Below are positions 12,510-26,549 of a stretch of DNA of 50,266 nucleotides, one piece after another. The stretch is from Catajapyx aquilonaris. Its lineage: Eukaryota. Within the stretch, counting starts at the first letter, position 1; each line of letters starts with the position of its first letter. The stretch is from positions 124,001-174,266 of the forward strand of contig KZ537990.1 of the NCBI GenBank assembly GCA_000934665.2, in the 5' to 3' direction. The translations under genes and the position numbers were made by a program. A model generated the notes under the pieces. The model was not told the DNA's origin, did no database searches, and was given only the letters and a program-made list of their open reading frames with translations.

Positions 12510-15500
12510 CGGCGAATATGTTATGTACTATAGCTATAGCATGCAGTAGGTCTGGTCGACTCTTTTTTTGACAGGTGATAGCACCCTACATGATGTGAAA
12601 CTGAAAATGACGGACACTTCGGATTATCCTCATCTTTCGTGGAAATGTGGTGCTAACAATACACTTGCTATCACTTACAATATTATTAATTACAAAAGGC
12701 CAGGGCAGCTTTCTTTTCGCCAAGCCCCATTCAAATCTGGTGCCGAAATTTTTCGCACCTTCCCTCCCCCGCACCAGCAGCAACTTGTGAGACTCTCCGA
12801 GAACAAGTGCCGATCGTCGACAAAGTGCGCATGAGTTGAAAAGGTGTCCGATTATTTTTCCGAGACCCTCAGGAGTCCGTGGATGACCGAAGTGATTTTG
12901 CGAAGTATTTTTGCCAGGTACAACTTGGAATATTTGACAGTGCGGTAGTATAGACTGTTCATCAAGTTCGCAATCAGGCAAAGACAATATCCGCCATCAT
13001 TGTCGACCAGACCGAACCATTGTTGAGCTGTTGGCATTGTTGTGCTGCAACGTGCCATTTTACATGCAGAGAGTTTGAAGAGGGACACTTCAATTTCATT
13101 GTTACACTTCTTGACGTCTATAATCTCTTCTTATTCCGGATATTCAAAATTGGGACGAGTCTGGTCTTCCGAAGCGACCATTGTTAATAGGCGAGCAATT
13201 AACAGGTGTCGTCGACGATCTTGACCATCCGGAATTAAGAGTAAAACAAATATATGTACGTAGCACATATCATTTTGAGTTAAATAGCATCATTTTGTAG
13301 CGTCCAGAGTAGGCCTAATCATTCACTAGCAAAGCGAACCTTCCGAGATGATAATGGCAAATAACAGCATTACATAATTTTTCTAGTAATGCATGATTAT
13401 GTCCAACTTATTAGTGTAAGGTCGCATAAGTTTCAATCACAAATTTGGAGTCAAGAGATAGCCTGATATACTAGAAAACTTGAGCTTTTTTTGCCCAGCT
13501 ACTTGTCCACTGTTGGCACACCAGCAGTGTAATTCAAAATTACAATAATTGGACAAGAACACAAGGCCGAAACCACTACCATTAAGTTAGAATATAATGT
13601 CGCTAATTAAATTTTGCACATTAAATGCGTGTTTATATTTTAGTAAAAGACTAAAGCGATTGCAATTACAGGCTAGGCCTGAGGCACGTCGCAAAATTCT
13701 TGAATGTATTCAACAGTTAACTGCGTCTGAGTTTAACTTTCTTGCTGAAGACATACTGTAATAACAGGCAGCAAAAATATCATGTAACATGTCCCTGCAG
13801 ATAAAGTGTGCGATAAATCACTCGATCTTCCCTGGGATGACTATTTTTGGCAGTTGTGTTGACAAAACAAGCTAACTTGTTTTGGGGACAGGTTGGGATT
13901 CAGCACAGGCTTGTTATTTCTTCTTCGTCGTTAAGAAATATACCAATGAAACAGAAACCTTGCGACCTTCCAGTGCTACTGAGTAAAAATAAATAAATAA
14001 GTGGAAACATATAGGACTGGCTGGTGGGAAGAACTAATGCGTGGGATTGCAGCTCCTCTTCTTTGTGAATCGCAATACTGCCATTTTCCTATATCTAACT
14101 TTTGGGGCATCCAATTAACCTCTCTCTATTCTCAAGGAAACCGGAACTTTCCTTATTGGTCATTTAATGACGGGTTATATATGATTTTGGTCACATTGTC
14201 ATCACAAAAGGAACTAAGAAAGTCACGGGATTGTTATTGTTATAGAGTTGTTGATGAAGATTGTTTTCGATGTGGAAATAATTGCTTGTTTTGGTGCAAT
14301 CTGATGTTTTTTTTGGCTGCTAAGGCCCTGAACGTCTATAACTGTCTTCAATTACGACAGTTATTTTCTCACGTTATATGTACAGCAAGTCCCTTGGCAA
14401 GTCCTTAAGACCTGTTTCTATACAAGTGTACAATATTATTCTGTACAAAAAATGTTCAAAGTGACAACAAACCATTCAAGTCAGGCTTAAAGAATTTTTT
14501 ATCTCATTGCTCATTTGTGTTCGAATGGCATCAAGATGTGACAAAAATATTTACCTTCCATACGAAATTTCGCCATCTGTTCACGTATCTGAAGATATTT
14601 CAAAAACAAAAAGGCAATGTTGGTGCTGATATTTTGTTGTTTTACACTTTACTTTAAAAATTGTTTGCACTTTCCTCGCGCTATGCATACACTACTTCCA
14701 CTCTCAATAGGTGAAGACAACACTATTCTACACTGTTGCTGAGATAATCCCACAACACCTTTGACCTTTTCTGTTACCACCTTGTTTTCACGTGGAAACA
14801 GGCGTTTTCTGGACAAACTTGACACACTCTTTTGATTATGATGAAATGGTCGAACCTTCCCTGAACATCTTCAGTGCTGTGGACCTACTGCTTAAATATT
14901 ACTTATGAACCTTTTCTGGAAATGACCAGTCGAAGGATCGGATTATGAATCACGATGATTCTCTTGTGTTTTTGTTCGAATATCTTTAAATATTGAAAGC
15001 ATCGTACCCTCCAAGCAGTTTGACCACTTACAATGTCCACCGAACCTATTATATTTATTTAATTATTTCATTTTTATCTATAGCTCACCACCTTCAATCT
15101 TTGTATATGATCTGGCCTACAGTCGTTCTAGTTTTATTTTAACCATGTCCATCAGCCATACAAGTGTACAACCTACTCGCCATTTCACCTATGATCGCTT
15201 TCAATTTGTGTAAAAGGCAAACGGTCGACTAATATTCGCATGAGACACACTCAACCGCAAGACCTTCCCTGCTGTATCACATTGCCATAACTCTTAAATT
15301 GGGAAATCAAGAACCACCATCCAGCACGCGACTCCTCCACTTTTCCAATCCACTTTGTGCATTTAGGTCACTGGAAATCATGTCAAACTTGCGGTCACAA
15401 AATCCTCTAATTTCCATGCATTTCCAACCCTGCCACCTTTCTCCGCCAATCGCATTGCAACCCGCCATACTTCCATGCGCGCGCAGCTGCCCACCTGAAG

Positions 15501-16013
15501 GCGTCCGGACTTGCTTATATTCATTTTCGAAAAAGGTGTACCTGCCAGTCGTCCTGTCAGGGTAGGTTGTGACAACTCATTTTTAGAGAGGGTTCAATCC
15601 ACGTGCTCTTCTGAAGCAGGAGCGGGTACACTTCAAGTGCAACAGTTGGGCGATTATAGGTGTTCCTGCTTCCCGCGAGAGGCACAGCGATTCTGCGAAT
15701 TTGTTCCTATGCCGTAGAAATATTTAATTTGAAAGTTATTTACGAGCAAAAAGGCAACAATTAGTTATCGAGTTAGTCAACTGACCAGACGAATAGGATT
15801 TTCCGAGTTGACCTTGTTGTTGAACTTTGCGTGATGGGTGCTGTTAGGTGCTGTTAGGACACGTTTGCTTCCAGATTCTTAGTACGTATTATGAAAGCTT
15901 TAATTCTAACCTATAGTGACTTCAATTCATTGAGAGGATAATCACATCAGATATACATCTGATTGTATGCAGGAGAGTTATATTTACATAATATTCGTAG
16001 TATACCCAAATGG

Positions 16014-16204
16014 GATATTGTGGTGCTCTGTAGCTCTCCCGGCTGTAAAACCTTGGGCCCACATCAAGGAGAGGATGCTCTTGTTTCACACCCTAACTGC
16101 AACGGAACCCCTTGCCTAAGATGAGAAAGAAAGGACCTTCCAAGATGTAGTGTTGGGGCCAAGGTTTTACAACCGGGAGAGCTACAAGAGCACCATACAA
16201 TATC
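16014..16204. mobile_element. MITE with ~45-bp terminal inverted repeats
   Basis: GATATTGTGGTGCTCTGTAGCTCTCCCGGCTGTAAAACCTTGG versus CCAAGGTTTTACAACCGGGAGAGCTACAAGAGCACCATACAATATC. Confidence 0.8.
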
Positions 16205-16613
16205 TTATCTTCATGCACTCATTTGTCTCAGGCGTCTTGCGGTATACCATGCATTTGCTGCGTAGGGGAGACATGAATAATAATTATTACGCAAAGTGCT
16301 CTTAAGAACGACGTGATGATAGCTTGAACATAGTGTTGGTATTGTATCTGTGAGATGGAAAAGAGTTGCACCGAATAAGTAATAGCACTGAATTCACATA
16401 GTTACCGGTAGTTGCGTTGATTATTTGGAGGAATTACAGGTAATGTCAAAACTATTTCCATTATAGCGAAACCTCACTCTGGCATATTAGGCTACTTCTT
16501 TTGCTTTTATTACATAAAAATATTACGTGTAATAGTGATTAGTTACATCTTGTTTGTTAAAAGTACATAATATAACCAGATTCTATTAATGTATGCTACA
16601 TTTTTTTCCACAG

Positions 16614-16677
16614 AATCCGTTCTTCCAGAGAAACTCCTGACGCTGACGTGACGATCGCCAAGATCTGCTCAGCAAAC
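16614..16677 (+). other. Candidate internal exon (64 nt) of a spliced + strand transcript, possibly the mir-210 host
   Basis: Strong acceptor TTTTTTTCCACAG (16601-16613) and consensus donor GTGAGT (16678-16683) flanking a GC-richer island in AT-rich sequence. Confidence 0.45.
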
Positions 16678-18895
16678 GTGAGTGTAATATTTTTGTGTAC
16701 TCCTTCACTTGTGTTCGTAATTGAAATTTAACGTCTTAGTGCAGCTTTTTACGCGAGAGAAGCAGTGTGCCATAACATGATTGTAGTCGAATTTGCGACA
16801 ATCTATCTGCAGTATAATGATTCAAACGACGCTCAGTTGCATAATAAACGCGACTATCAGTGATAACTTGGAAAATGGAGCAATAATTATGACGAACCCA
16901 TGTAAAATCTAATAGAATGCATTTAATCGGCACCATTGCAAAATAAAATAATTAATTTAATTTAACTTTATAATATGTCCTACGCCCCCGGATAATTCCC
17001 CACGAACGCGAAGAAAATTGGCGGAAGACTTACTTTAGCTCCATGAAATGATGTCATTTTCAAGAAAAAAATTAATTCCCGTGCGAAGTTTCCGAGAATA
17101 CTATTCGACTGCGAATCACTTAAAACGAAAACATAACAACAGTACTGTACTTTTGGATATGCATAATTAGGTTGGAAATTTGCTGAAATATACCTCACCA
17201 TCAGGATTCATTATATTATGCGCCAAAGTGATTATTTAGCAATGCCACATGCCAAAAAACATCTCCGCGTGTATTTTATTATGAAATGTGCAGAAGTATG
17301 CTAACTTTGTAATAACTTGTAATATTACTCGAACGTCAGTTAACAATTATTATTTGAACGAACGGCCTAAGAGTTGTTGCAAAATTCCGCTGCATTATCA
17401 TCTTGTCAAAGGCGAATATTACAAAAAAAAATACTGCAACATTTTCAGAATTAATAACATCACTGACTAGCTCCACACGGAATTATTTACTGCTTCTTGG
17501 AATGCTGAAACTTTAATCTGCATCCCCTTCATAATGCAGGGAATATACCTGCAGTTATGTGGTATATTCAGTAAGCACAACATGTGCAGCAGGGGAAAAT
17601 AATAAAAACACATTCAATTTTAACGACGCTCCTGGGTTGCCGTCGTATAGTAAACATCTACTTGTGGTACGCTTCGTGATTGTCTTTATTTATGTATTTT
17701 TTTGAAGCAAATTCAATATTTTTCGCGTCGTAGATTTCCAGGATTGATCAATATTTGATACGTTAAAATGTAACTGTCGTCTTGTGACTGCCTCTTACAA
17801 ATACTACAAGTAAGCCCCATGATTACAATCACATATTTTTAACATGGTAATGTATATAAATACGCGTATTATTGATAAAATTTGAAATGCTTCATTCCAA
17901 AGTTTGTTGATTCTGCAGCTATTGCGTGTGGATATAAACATCTCTATGGACTTGGATTCGAATACATTAAAATGTAGACAAATGGGGAGTATAATATGAA
18001 TGAACTATGAAATATCCATGATATACGGTACGCACTATAGGTTTCCATATGTGTCTGTGTTTTTTAAATGCTTTCTATGTTTTCAAGTGCAAAACTAAGC
18101 CCAACTCGCCATTTCAATTTTCAGGATTTCTTATACGACATACTCTGACATTACAAAACGACTTGACTGGTAACAAAATAATGTACTAATATAGGAAATA
18201 TTCACGTCAAATTATTGTAAATGGAACCTACATGCATTAGCCACTTTTGCATATTAATAAGTAAGTTACAAAGCAGCAGACCTGCTGGATAATTTAAAAT
18301 GTAAGCTGTTGGATTACTAATTTAATATTTTTATCCCGACATTTCGTCTTTCTTGTCCAGTTTTAAATCTCCCTACTGTATTCGGGCAGTAATGATTGAA
18401 TAAGTCATATTCAGATTAATAAAATATATACAGTATACATTGCAATTTTGGAGGTTGAAAGGCAATGCTGGGCCAACCTCCTTAATATCAATTATAAAGT
18501 ATAAATTGGCAGAGGAGTCATATTCGCATATTCACAAGAATGTCTCTCTCCTAAGTGGCAGATAGCCTTGACTATTTCCATAATATTTTTTCTCTGTACT
18601 ATCGACAGTTTAATCTCTCCAATGTCTAATCCTTCTTTCTTCGTTTGCTATGAAAATCATATTCCCACTATTGCAAGGAATTCGCCACATTAAAATTTAC
18701 TCTCCTGGCTTAGCGCCTCAGGAGTTTCAAGGTATAGGTCTCATAATGAAGTGCAGATATTAAAGTCCCATCTGAACATCTGTAACTTACGCACGATTAA
18801 CAAGTTTCCTTCCGGTATACAGGTGTTGCATCCTTTAAAAATCATGCAGATTGGATTAGCATACACTATAATTAGGCTTGATTTTCACTAATTAA

Positions 18896-19069
18896 AATTG
18901 AAGACCTGAATTGCGAAAGGTCCCAAGTCCATTTTTTAGCCAATTGGTTTTTTTGTCGCCAAGTTGTTCTATACCAAAGGACTCACCTGGCCCGAATGCA
19001 AAAATTTTGTCTCTCCTGAAAAGTTTTGATTCCTGGACTTGGGACCTTTTGCAATTCAGGTCTTCAATT
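18896..19069. mobile_element. MITE with 36-bp terminal inverted repeats
   Basis: AATTGAAGACCTGAATTGCGAAAGGTCCCAAGTCCA and its reverse complement TGGACTTGGGACCTTTTGCAATTCAGGTCTTCAATT (1 mismatch). Confidence 0.8.
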
Positions 19070-20099
19070 AAACAAACTCCTGATTTAAAATCCTCACTGC
19101 ACCCTCTGTTGGTTGTCAACTTGGCCAGAGGGATACCTAGTAAAATCCGTTACTTTTTTAAAAAGTTGAACAGTGTTGTAAAAATGTTTTTGAGGACAAC
19201 GCGCCTGGATGATGTTTAATTAGCGCACCATATATACTCTACGTATTGCGTTGTGCTATATTTATCTCATATGATGCTTCACATATGATCTTAGCCAAAC
19301 TCGCTCACCATTTCACTGAAATTTTTTACGCGCACTAAACTCTATATTACGCAACACTGACTTTCGCCCACACACTTTTGGTGATTATCACAAATGTCAG
19401 ATACTAATATTAGGTCCATTGGACCTAACCTGTATAATGTAGCCTATTCACTTGAAGGAATTTTTTTCCCCCGACAAATCTGTCGCAGTCCTGCAATAGA
19501 TCTCGAATGCTTATGGTTCATAGAATATTTTTAGTCGTTTCCCAGTGATTTTTTCTCGGAAAAGGTTCGTAGTGGGGAAATACACTGTGTTGTATTTTCG
19601 TGAAGCCAAATCTGCGTTGGATACTAAAACTTCCGGTGCATAAAGTGTTTGAGAGTGTCAAGTAAAAAAAGGCAAAAAGTATGGAACTATATAGAGACGC
19701 TTTTAGAAATGAAAATATTTGCGAATTTGGAATTACGGCAGTTTAATGTTAATTCAGAGCTTGAAAAGTGTTTCTATCATTCAACATAATTATAATCAGC
19801 TGAAAATCTTAACTTTTAACGAAGTTCCTAATTATGTTTTAAAATATTGAAACAGCGTCATCGTATTAAAATTTCTTCACTGCAATAAAACTGGCTGAAC
19901 AGCCGCAATACTGTGCAGTACATAAATATCAGACACGCAAATTTTTGCAAATTGATGCTGCTCTACTACAGTATATTCGTCCCGAAGCTTAGCACACTTA
20001 ACTTTTGAGTGTTTATCATTAAGATTTTGTCAGTTACACTGTATACATGATCGATTGTAAAGTCGATTCGCCATATTTTCGCGACGAAATATTCGCTCC

Positions 20100-20720
20100 T
20101 GACCTGCTGCTGGCGCAGGCCACGACACAACGGAAATTTCAACAACCGCTGACGTCACCATCCAAGCAACGTAATCAATAAAGTTGATAAGGACGAGCAA
20201 AATTATGACCCAGTGTAATGCACAAATTCCTCCCCAAATTTTCAACACATTACAATAGAAACGAACATATTACAATATTACACCATTAAATTCCTAATTT
20301 TACACGATCTGTCCACAAAGTTACATATTATATGTCCTCTAATTATTTTTTTTTTCGGTCCAAAACTGTTGAAATTTGTGGCTTCCTCACCGACGCGACG
20401 CCACGCGCACCCTATGACGTCATCCTCTGACGCCATTGATCCTGAGGGCTGCTGGCGGGAGAGAGAAATAGAAGGTTGGGGAGCAGGGGGGGGCAGGAGG
20501 GGATGAAACCAGGCCTAGGATTTAGGTCACTGGGTCCGTACAGCACGTTATATGTACATATACACACCCAGCACTTCACATTTGGGACCATGCTTCTGCT
20601 CACGTCATCAACTCGGCTCTCCAATTAGCGAACTTTGCACAAAGATCGACGCTTGGGCAGAGAGATACACATGTATATATCAGTGACGTCAATGGAGAGC
20701 TCCTCGTGCGTCAGTCCCTC
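20100..20720. promoter_or_regulatory. CRE-rich enhancer module
   Basis: TGACGTCA at 20150, 20415 and 20684, plus TCACGTCA at ~20600 and several TGACG/CGTCA half-sites. Confidence 0.55.
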
Positions 20721-20752
20721 CCGGAATATTAGTTGTGGATATTAGCTCCCGT

Positions 20753-20757
<5 letters not shown>

Positions 20758-20829
<72 letters not shown>
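20758..20829. repeat. (AAT)n microsatellite
   Basis: ~24 AAT units. Confidence 0.95.
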
Positions 20830-21192
20830 CTCACTCACTCGAAAGTATAGTAAGGGAACAAATTTTCATGACTTTTTAAGAACGAGTGGATATTACAAAC
20901 TGTCAGGGTTTCTACGTCTTAAAATAACTTAATAAAAAAGGAAAATTAATAAGCAGATCCTATACGGTAACTATTATACTATATATTTTTATGCGGAGTT
21001 GTGCAAATGTCGTCTCGAATTAACCAGGGCCAATGTCTGCTATTGTGCCCAATAGACAAGGAATATTATGGCGATGGTGAGGTGCATCGAGACTGACACT
21101 TTCAAGTTGACTAATATTAATCTTCCATTGCGACTTAGTCTTTGTTCTTTTTCCAATCCATTTTTTTTCGCATACCCGGATTTGGCCTTCTT

Positions 21193-21193
<1 letters not shown>

Positions 21194-21248
<55 letters not shown>
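21194..21248. repeat. (CT)n microsatellite
   Basis: Pure CT run. Confidence 0.95.
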
Positions 21249-21251
<3 letters not shown>

Positions 21252-22945
21252 AATAAAATCTTGAGGTAGCGTGATGGCAGCTTCTGAACATAGCAAACCG
21301 TATTAACCTTCGATCTTTTGGGTGTCCCCGTTTATAAGAAGATCAAGAGAGTGCTGGTGCAGTGTGGGTGTTTCCTATTTGGATGGAAAGAGTGACCCTA
21401 TATATCGACCTGATCAAATCAGTGATTCGATTTTAGTGTGCTCTTCGAAGTGGGCACTATACATTCGTCGTGATTTCATTTTTGCGGTTCTGCAAGTCAA
21501 AAAATAGTTCAGGAAGATATTGTTTTCGACCTTTTTCAAATATAGACGCGTAATGGTGCACTTCGCCCTGGTGAAACCCAATTCCTTCTCCCACACGACA
21601 CCGATTGATTGACTTGTAACCTAATGGACAATACCTATGAAAAGAACATCATCAAAAACATGTTAATTATTAAAATATACTGGATATTGCCAATTTGCGC
21701 CCTATTTCGTATATTGCAAAAATTGTTCCTTGGGTATATATTCCAGGAAAAACCAATATTACGTCTGTTATATACATTAATCATATCAGAAACATTATCC
21801 AATTGACCTCAAATGGGATTGTTGCTCCCTTGGTCCTTCCAAAAAATATATGTGCATAAAAAAAGGGAGGAAACGAGCAAAAGACAGTTCAATTTTGATT
21901 TCCGGAGGTTTGAAGGGTTGCATGCACACGCGAAGGATCCTTTTGGGAGAGCTCGTGCTTTTGTACCTGCATGTCTCTGGTAAATGGGTCGAGAAATTTC
22001 CCTTCCTACTGTGTTTTAGACCAAATTAATCAAATGCCGATAATGCATTGGTGGAAAAAAAAGAGAGAGAAAAAAAAATCGAACTCTTCTCAAGAGAAAC
22101 TGAGAGGTTCATGGACGGCCGCACACGATTGTTGGTTAAGGATAAAGAGACGGAAGTATCCACACATTAGCACTAAATTTTGAATGGGTTTCTGCTAATA
22201 TTTGATGTAGTGAGTGAAGTGTGAATTTTTTGCGCAGTTTCTTTATTATTGGACAACAATTTATTGTGACAGAATAAGCTTGCCCTGAACTTCTTTTTTT
22301 AAAACTCGACATTACGAGTTGCTCTGAGGGCAATGATCTTCAACCCACATTAACGAGCATGATATGATGAAAAAAAAAATTATGCAATGAAACATTACGC
22401 ATTCAAACATAATCCTACGCATAGCAACCTTCCCACCGTGGCTCTTCCAAGTCGGAGTCAAAACTTTTAAAAAAAAAAGTCTATCTCAAAATAGCTCAGT
22501 TCTATTCCTGCTCTCAAGTGACGCATTTTTTGAGCGTTAAATTTGTCTACTCTTTCACGTGGATGCTTGGCTTTTACCCTTGACCCTGCAACCAACGTGA
22601 CCCAACCGACGACGCTTCTCGACCGTTACTTTTATGCAGGGTTGGAAATACTTTGTGGACTCTGCTGGATTCTCACAAAGGTCGAGTGACGCAGTATTTC
22701 CAGTCCTTTCGATTGCCAGGGGTTTGGTGGCGATGACGCCAAAAGCAGGGGGGGCAGGGGGGGGGGGATGAAGAAGTAAAATGGGGTTAGAAAATTGGGG
22801 AANGTTGATGACGCTTGGGAAGCTGTGGTGACGCCCTCAGCGCTCCTCATGGCGTCAAAGGTACTTGCCACTTTTATTGGTCACTCTCTGCCGTCCCTAT
22901 TAGTCCCATAGGATTCACCCCCAAAAAATACACATATGTGCCAGC

Positions 22946-23011
22946 GAATTTTCGTCCCACTGCTAGCTACTGCTAAAGTTAGCAGTAACTTTAGCAGTAT
23001 GACGAAAATTC
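22946..23011. mobile_element. Small palindromic MITE-like element (family copy 2)
   Basis: GAATTTTCGTCCCACTGCTAGCTACTGCTAA...TTAGCAGTATGACGAAAATTC; same termini as 7468-7547. Confidence 0.7.
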
Positions 23012-23459
23012 TACCCTTTTTGTCTACATTTGAAAAATTAAAAGAACAATCCCTGAGGCGTCGTTATTTCCAAGTTCAGAGTTTGCTTTCGGGTTAATTG
23101 TGTCTTGAGGGTGCTGCAACATGTTCAAAGTCGTCAACAATAATTGCCTTGACATTTAACCAGAGTCGTCCATGTACGCATGCAAGGTACACAAATCCAT
23201 CGCTCCTTTGGGGAAGCTTCATCTTGGGAGGGGTAGGGGGGAGAGGGGGGGGGGGTGGTTAAAACCACGCGACAATGCTTCTGCGGAATTTATTGCCGCG
23301 TGGTAGTAAATATTTCATACCTGACATTTCAAGCAGCTGTCATTATTTTTGTTTGAAGCAACTCATATAATCCGGACGAATGGGTCGCACAAAAGGTCAA
23401 GAGTTGACACGAATTTCGGTACGATACAGTACTGTAACCGTGTGCGAAAAAAAATGCAA

Positions 23460-23712
23460 CAGTTTTCTCCGCAAGATCTCAATACTGTCAATTCTGCAAG
23501 CAATGCCCAGACAATGTACAAATTAATTTATAAATTCGTAAAACTACATTTTTTTTACAAAAAAAATCGTAAAATAAATTTTGAAATATTCCGCAAATTA
23601 AAACATCTCAAAAATTTGCACAGATTTTCTCCGCAAGATCGCAATATTGTCAATGCTGCAATTCGGTCATCTTGTCTGGCAATGTCCAGATTAATTTATA
23701 AATTCGCTAAAA
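23460..23712 (+). repeat. Direct repeat, two diverged copies
   Basis: TTTTCTCCGCAAGATC(T/G)CAATA(C/T)TGTCAAT at ~23463 and ~23625, each followed by TTAATTTATAAATTCG. Confidence 0.8.
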
Positions 23713-23894
23713 TAAATTACACAAATCATAAAAATATTTTTTGACGTAAATTATAATTATTAAATTTTGCATAATTCGCAAAAAAAAAACTAATCTCCAA
23801 AAAAAAAATTCGTAATGTACTCAAAGAGCCCGCCAATCCCCCTTTCCAAAATTTCCCCCCATTGAGTATCGATCTCGAGTCAAGTCCGAGGCCT

Positions 23895-24330
23895 TGCGCT
23901 CTCGTCATGACGTCAGCAACACCCCTCCCCCCCCCCCTCTTTTTGCAAACCCCCTCCTACCGCCAGCCCCAACCACCATCAGATCGAGTCTAAAAATAGG
24001 CCTTGCAGCGCTATTAATAGCGAGTCCCCGAGATTTTCTCGAATAATGGCGACTCTCTTGAATTTTTTTTATACCTCAGTCATGATGGACATATGTTCAA
24101 GGTCAGATGTGGTATTTTTTCGCATGCGTGTGACGCACATGCACCATTTTTTTTGCACGTGCTGTTTCACCACCCCCTGAAAACGCCACTTGCTCCTACC
24201 CCCTCCTTTCACCACACCCAACAGCCTCACCTGCGCAGGTACAGTTCATTCATTAACTGTCATCTGCATTCAGCGATTTTGCGAGCTCTGCGTCAATAAC
24301 TAGGTACAAGGTCAGAATCGTGCATATGTA
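23895..24330. promoter_or_regulatory. CRE + paired MEF2 + NR5A/ERR-type half-site module
   Basis: TGACGTCA at 23908; CTAAAAATAG at 23990-23999 and CTATTAATAG at 24011-24020 (both YTAW4TAR); TCAAGGTCA at ~24097; GCACGTGC at 24155; CAAGGTCA at ~24307. Confidence 0.55.
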
Positions 24331-24966
24331 CCGAATATGGCCGGAGATCAGCAGGGGATAGGGTGGAATTATGAGAGGAGGGGAGGGGGGAAAAAAAATT
24401 AGCTGCACTCTATTTGCGTAACGATCCAATGAAATGGCGGTGGCAAAATTTGGGAGCGCCAATAAATTGCATAATTAGCGCAATGTAGGGCGTGTCAAGG
24501 TTTTAAAATTTCAGGTGCAATTTGCAAATATTGCTGGAGTTGTAACCGAAAGGCAACCATTTGGTCTGGCACGAAATGCTGGAATATTTGCTATAGTTTT
24601 GGACAAATTACAAAATATGAAGGTCAGGATTTGTAACTTTATTAGCACAGTACTCAAATTGACCTATCTACAGGTCAGAATTAGCACAGATTTTCTATAT
24701 TGCATGTGGAATTATTCAGATATCAAAATGCAGTGTCGTTGTTACTAATTTTATTAATTGTCTCAAGCACGATAATTCATTCATATAAATAAGCGCACTT
24801 TACGAAAGTACTGTAATCGTTTTGAGCACATATCAAGAATAATTAATCACTTGTCCTTTTAATCAAAAAGTGGCACATTTTAGACAATTATTGCTTATGT
24901 CTTCGGCGATACATCTCAATTTATAATCGTAACCTACATGTAGGTTACAAGTAGCCTACATTTTCT

Positions 24967-25084
24967 AATTTCAATTGGCGCAACCAGCCTAAAAATAAAT
25001 TTGCATCAAAATACAGCATATATGCATAATTATGCTGTATTTTAATGCAAATTGATTTTTAGGCTAGTGGCGCCAATTGAAATT
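24967..25084. mobile_element. Palindromic MITE-like foldback (~118 bp)
   Basis: AATTTCAATTGGCGC..AGCCTAAAAAT.AATTTGCAT.AAAATACAGCATA mirrored by TATGCTGTATTTT.ATGCAAATT.ATTTTTAGGCT..GCGCCAATTGAAATT. Confidence 0.8.
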
Positions 25085-25615
25085 ATTGGAAAATGTAATT
25101 ATGCATACATATTAATTTGTATCATAACATATAGTCCAATTTCGATTGCCAAAATCTTTGCTGCTTACATCCGCATGACCCGAGCAGTAATTCCACGGCG
25201 CAATGAAAACGCGATGCACTCTGCACATCTAATTATCGCAGTTCACAAAGCAGGCCCTTCAAATCCCTGAGTCGACCCGTCATGACCTTTTCCCTTCGTG
25301 ACCTTCACCATAAATGCATAACCACGAAAGATGAACAGAATTATGAAGGAAATGAGCAAACACTATACAGGATCGGACGCGCCTGTTTAAATAAAAAAAA
25401 AATTGTAAAAAGTTCAAGTCCGGTCAATTTGCAAAAAAGGTCATGAGTTCATTTGCCTCTGCACTTTTTTTTTTTTGCGAGTATGTAGTGCGAGCGAGGT
25501 GAGAAAAGGGTTCAGGGTCGGTCATCCCCCAAAAATGGGGTCGAGTCGTGGGAACCAGAAAAGCGACGCGGGGGGGTTGGTGGGTGGCAAAAGTGGTCCT
25601 AAATTTGGGACACCC

Positions 25616-25619
<4 letters not shown>

Positions 25620-25664
<45 letters not shown>
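25620..25664. repeat. (CT)n microsatellite
   Basis: Pure CT run. Confidence 0.95.
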
Positions 25665-25667
<3 letters not shown>

Positions 25668-25928
25668 GCTTCCTCCCCCGCCTCCCTAGACTTCCTATTG
25701 GACCGGCTAGTACATGTGCACCCCGGTCGATGACCTGAGGGGATGTCGATGCCCTGGTCTGACCCACATTTTGGACCACGACCTGTACAATACGCCCACG
25801 CTCCCGACCCATATTCGCCCACTGCACTTATTACAGTATCGCGAAAAGTTATGCATTGCCAAAACACGGTAATTGCTAATTAGCTGACACCGTATTTATA
25901 CTTTTTATTAGTAGCGTACCCGTTGCCT

Positions 25929-26472
25929 AATTTTGGCAACACTGCTTGGCCCTCCCCCCAACTTGGACGTAGTACGATATGCCACTGCCAGTTGGCACAT
26001 TGGCTTTCCCTCTGGAACAAACCTTCATGGTGATCTTGATGATCATCATAATGATGATGATGATGATAATTATCATGATGACCATGATCGCCATGGTCAT
26101 CATGATCAGAATGTACTTGAGTAACTATGGCAACGTTGTTGTCTGAACAATGGACTTGCGTGAGCGTGGGTGCGCACTCGGTTGCACTAGTAAAAAATCA
26201 ATCTAAGTTACCACAGTTAGCACGTGGAATGGGAGGAGCCTATACGCCAACTAGTAGTGGCATATCGTACTACGTCCAAGTGGAGGTTGGGTCGGGTAGT
26301 GTCGCCCCATATTATATAGACCTGTCCCTACACACGGTGACTCATCACCTAGGTGCATGTAGTTACCACGTGGAGTGGGATGAACGTATGCGGCTATGCG
26401 CCAACTAGTAGTGGCATATCGTACTACTGCATGTCAAAGTGGTGGGGCCAGACGGGCAGTGTTGCCAAATTT
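25929..26472. mobile_element. Complex inverted/direct repeat element (likely DNA-transposon relic) with internal GAT-rich low-complexity tract
   Basis: TTGGCAACACTGC (~25933) versus GCAGTGTTGCCAA (~26456); GTAGTACGATATGCCACT (~25969) is the inverse of AGTGGCATATCGTACTAC, which occurs twice (~26256, ~26410). Confidence 0.6.
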
Positions 26473-26481
26473 TGTTGTAAT

Positions 26482-26549
26482 TACAGTTGAATTCGAATAT
26501 AACAGACCTCGCGGTCCTTTGAAGTCTGTTATATTTGAAGTCTACTGTA
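26482..26549. mobile_element. Tiny Tc1/mariner-pogo-type MITE (TA|CAGT...ACTG|TA)
   Basis: TACAGTTGAATTCGAATATAACAGAC...GTCTGTTATATTTGAAGTCTACTGTA: imperfect hairpin bounded by TA. Confidence 0.6.

Noticed and set aside
17464..17480. TGACTAGCTCCACAC resembling miR-279
   Set aside because: Mismatch at position 8, a divergent 3' end and no pairing arm nearby.
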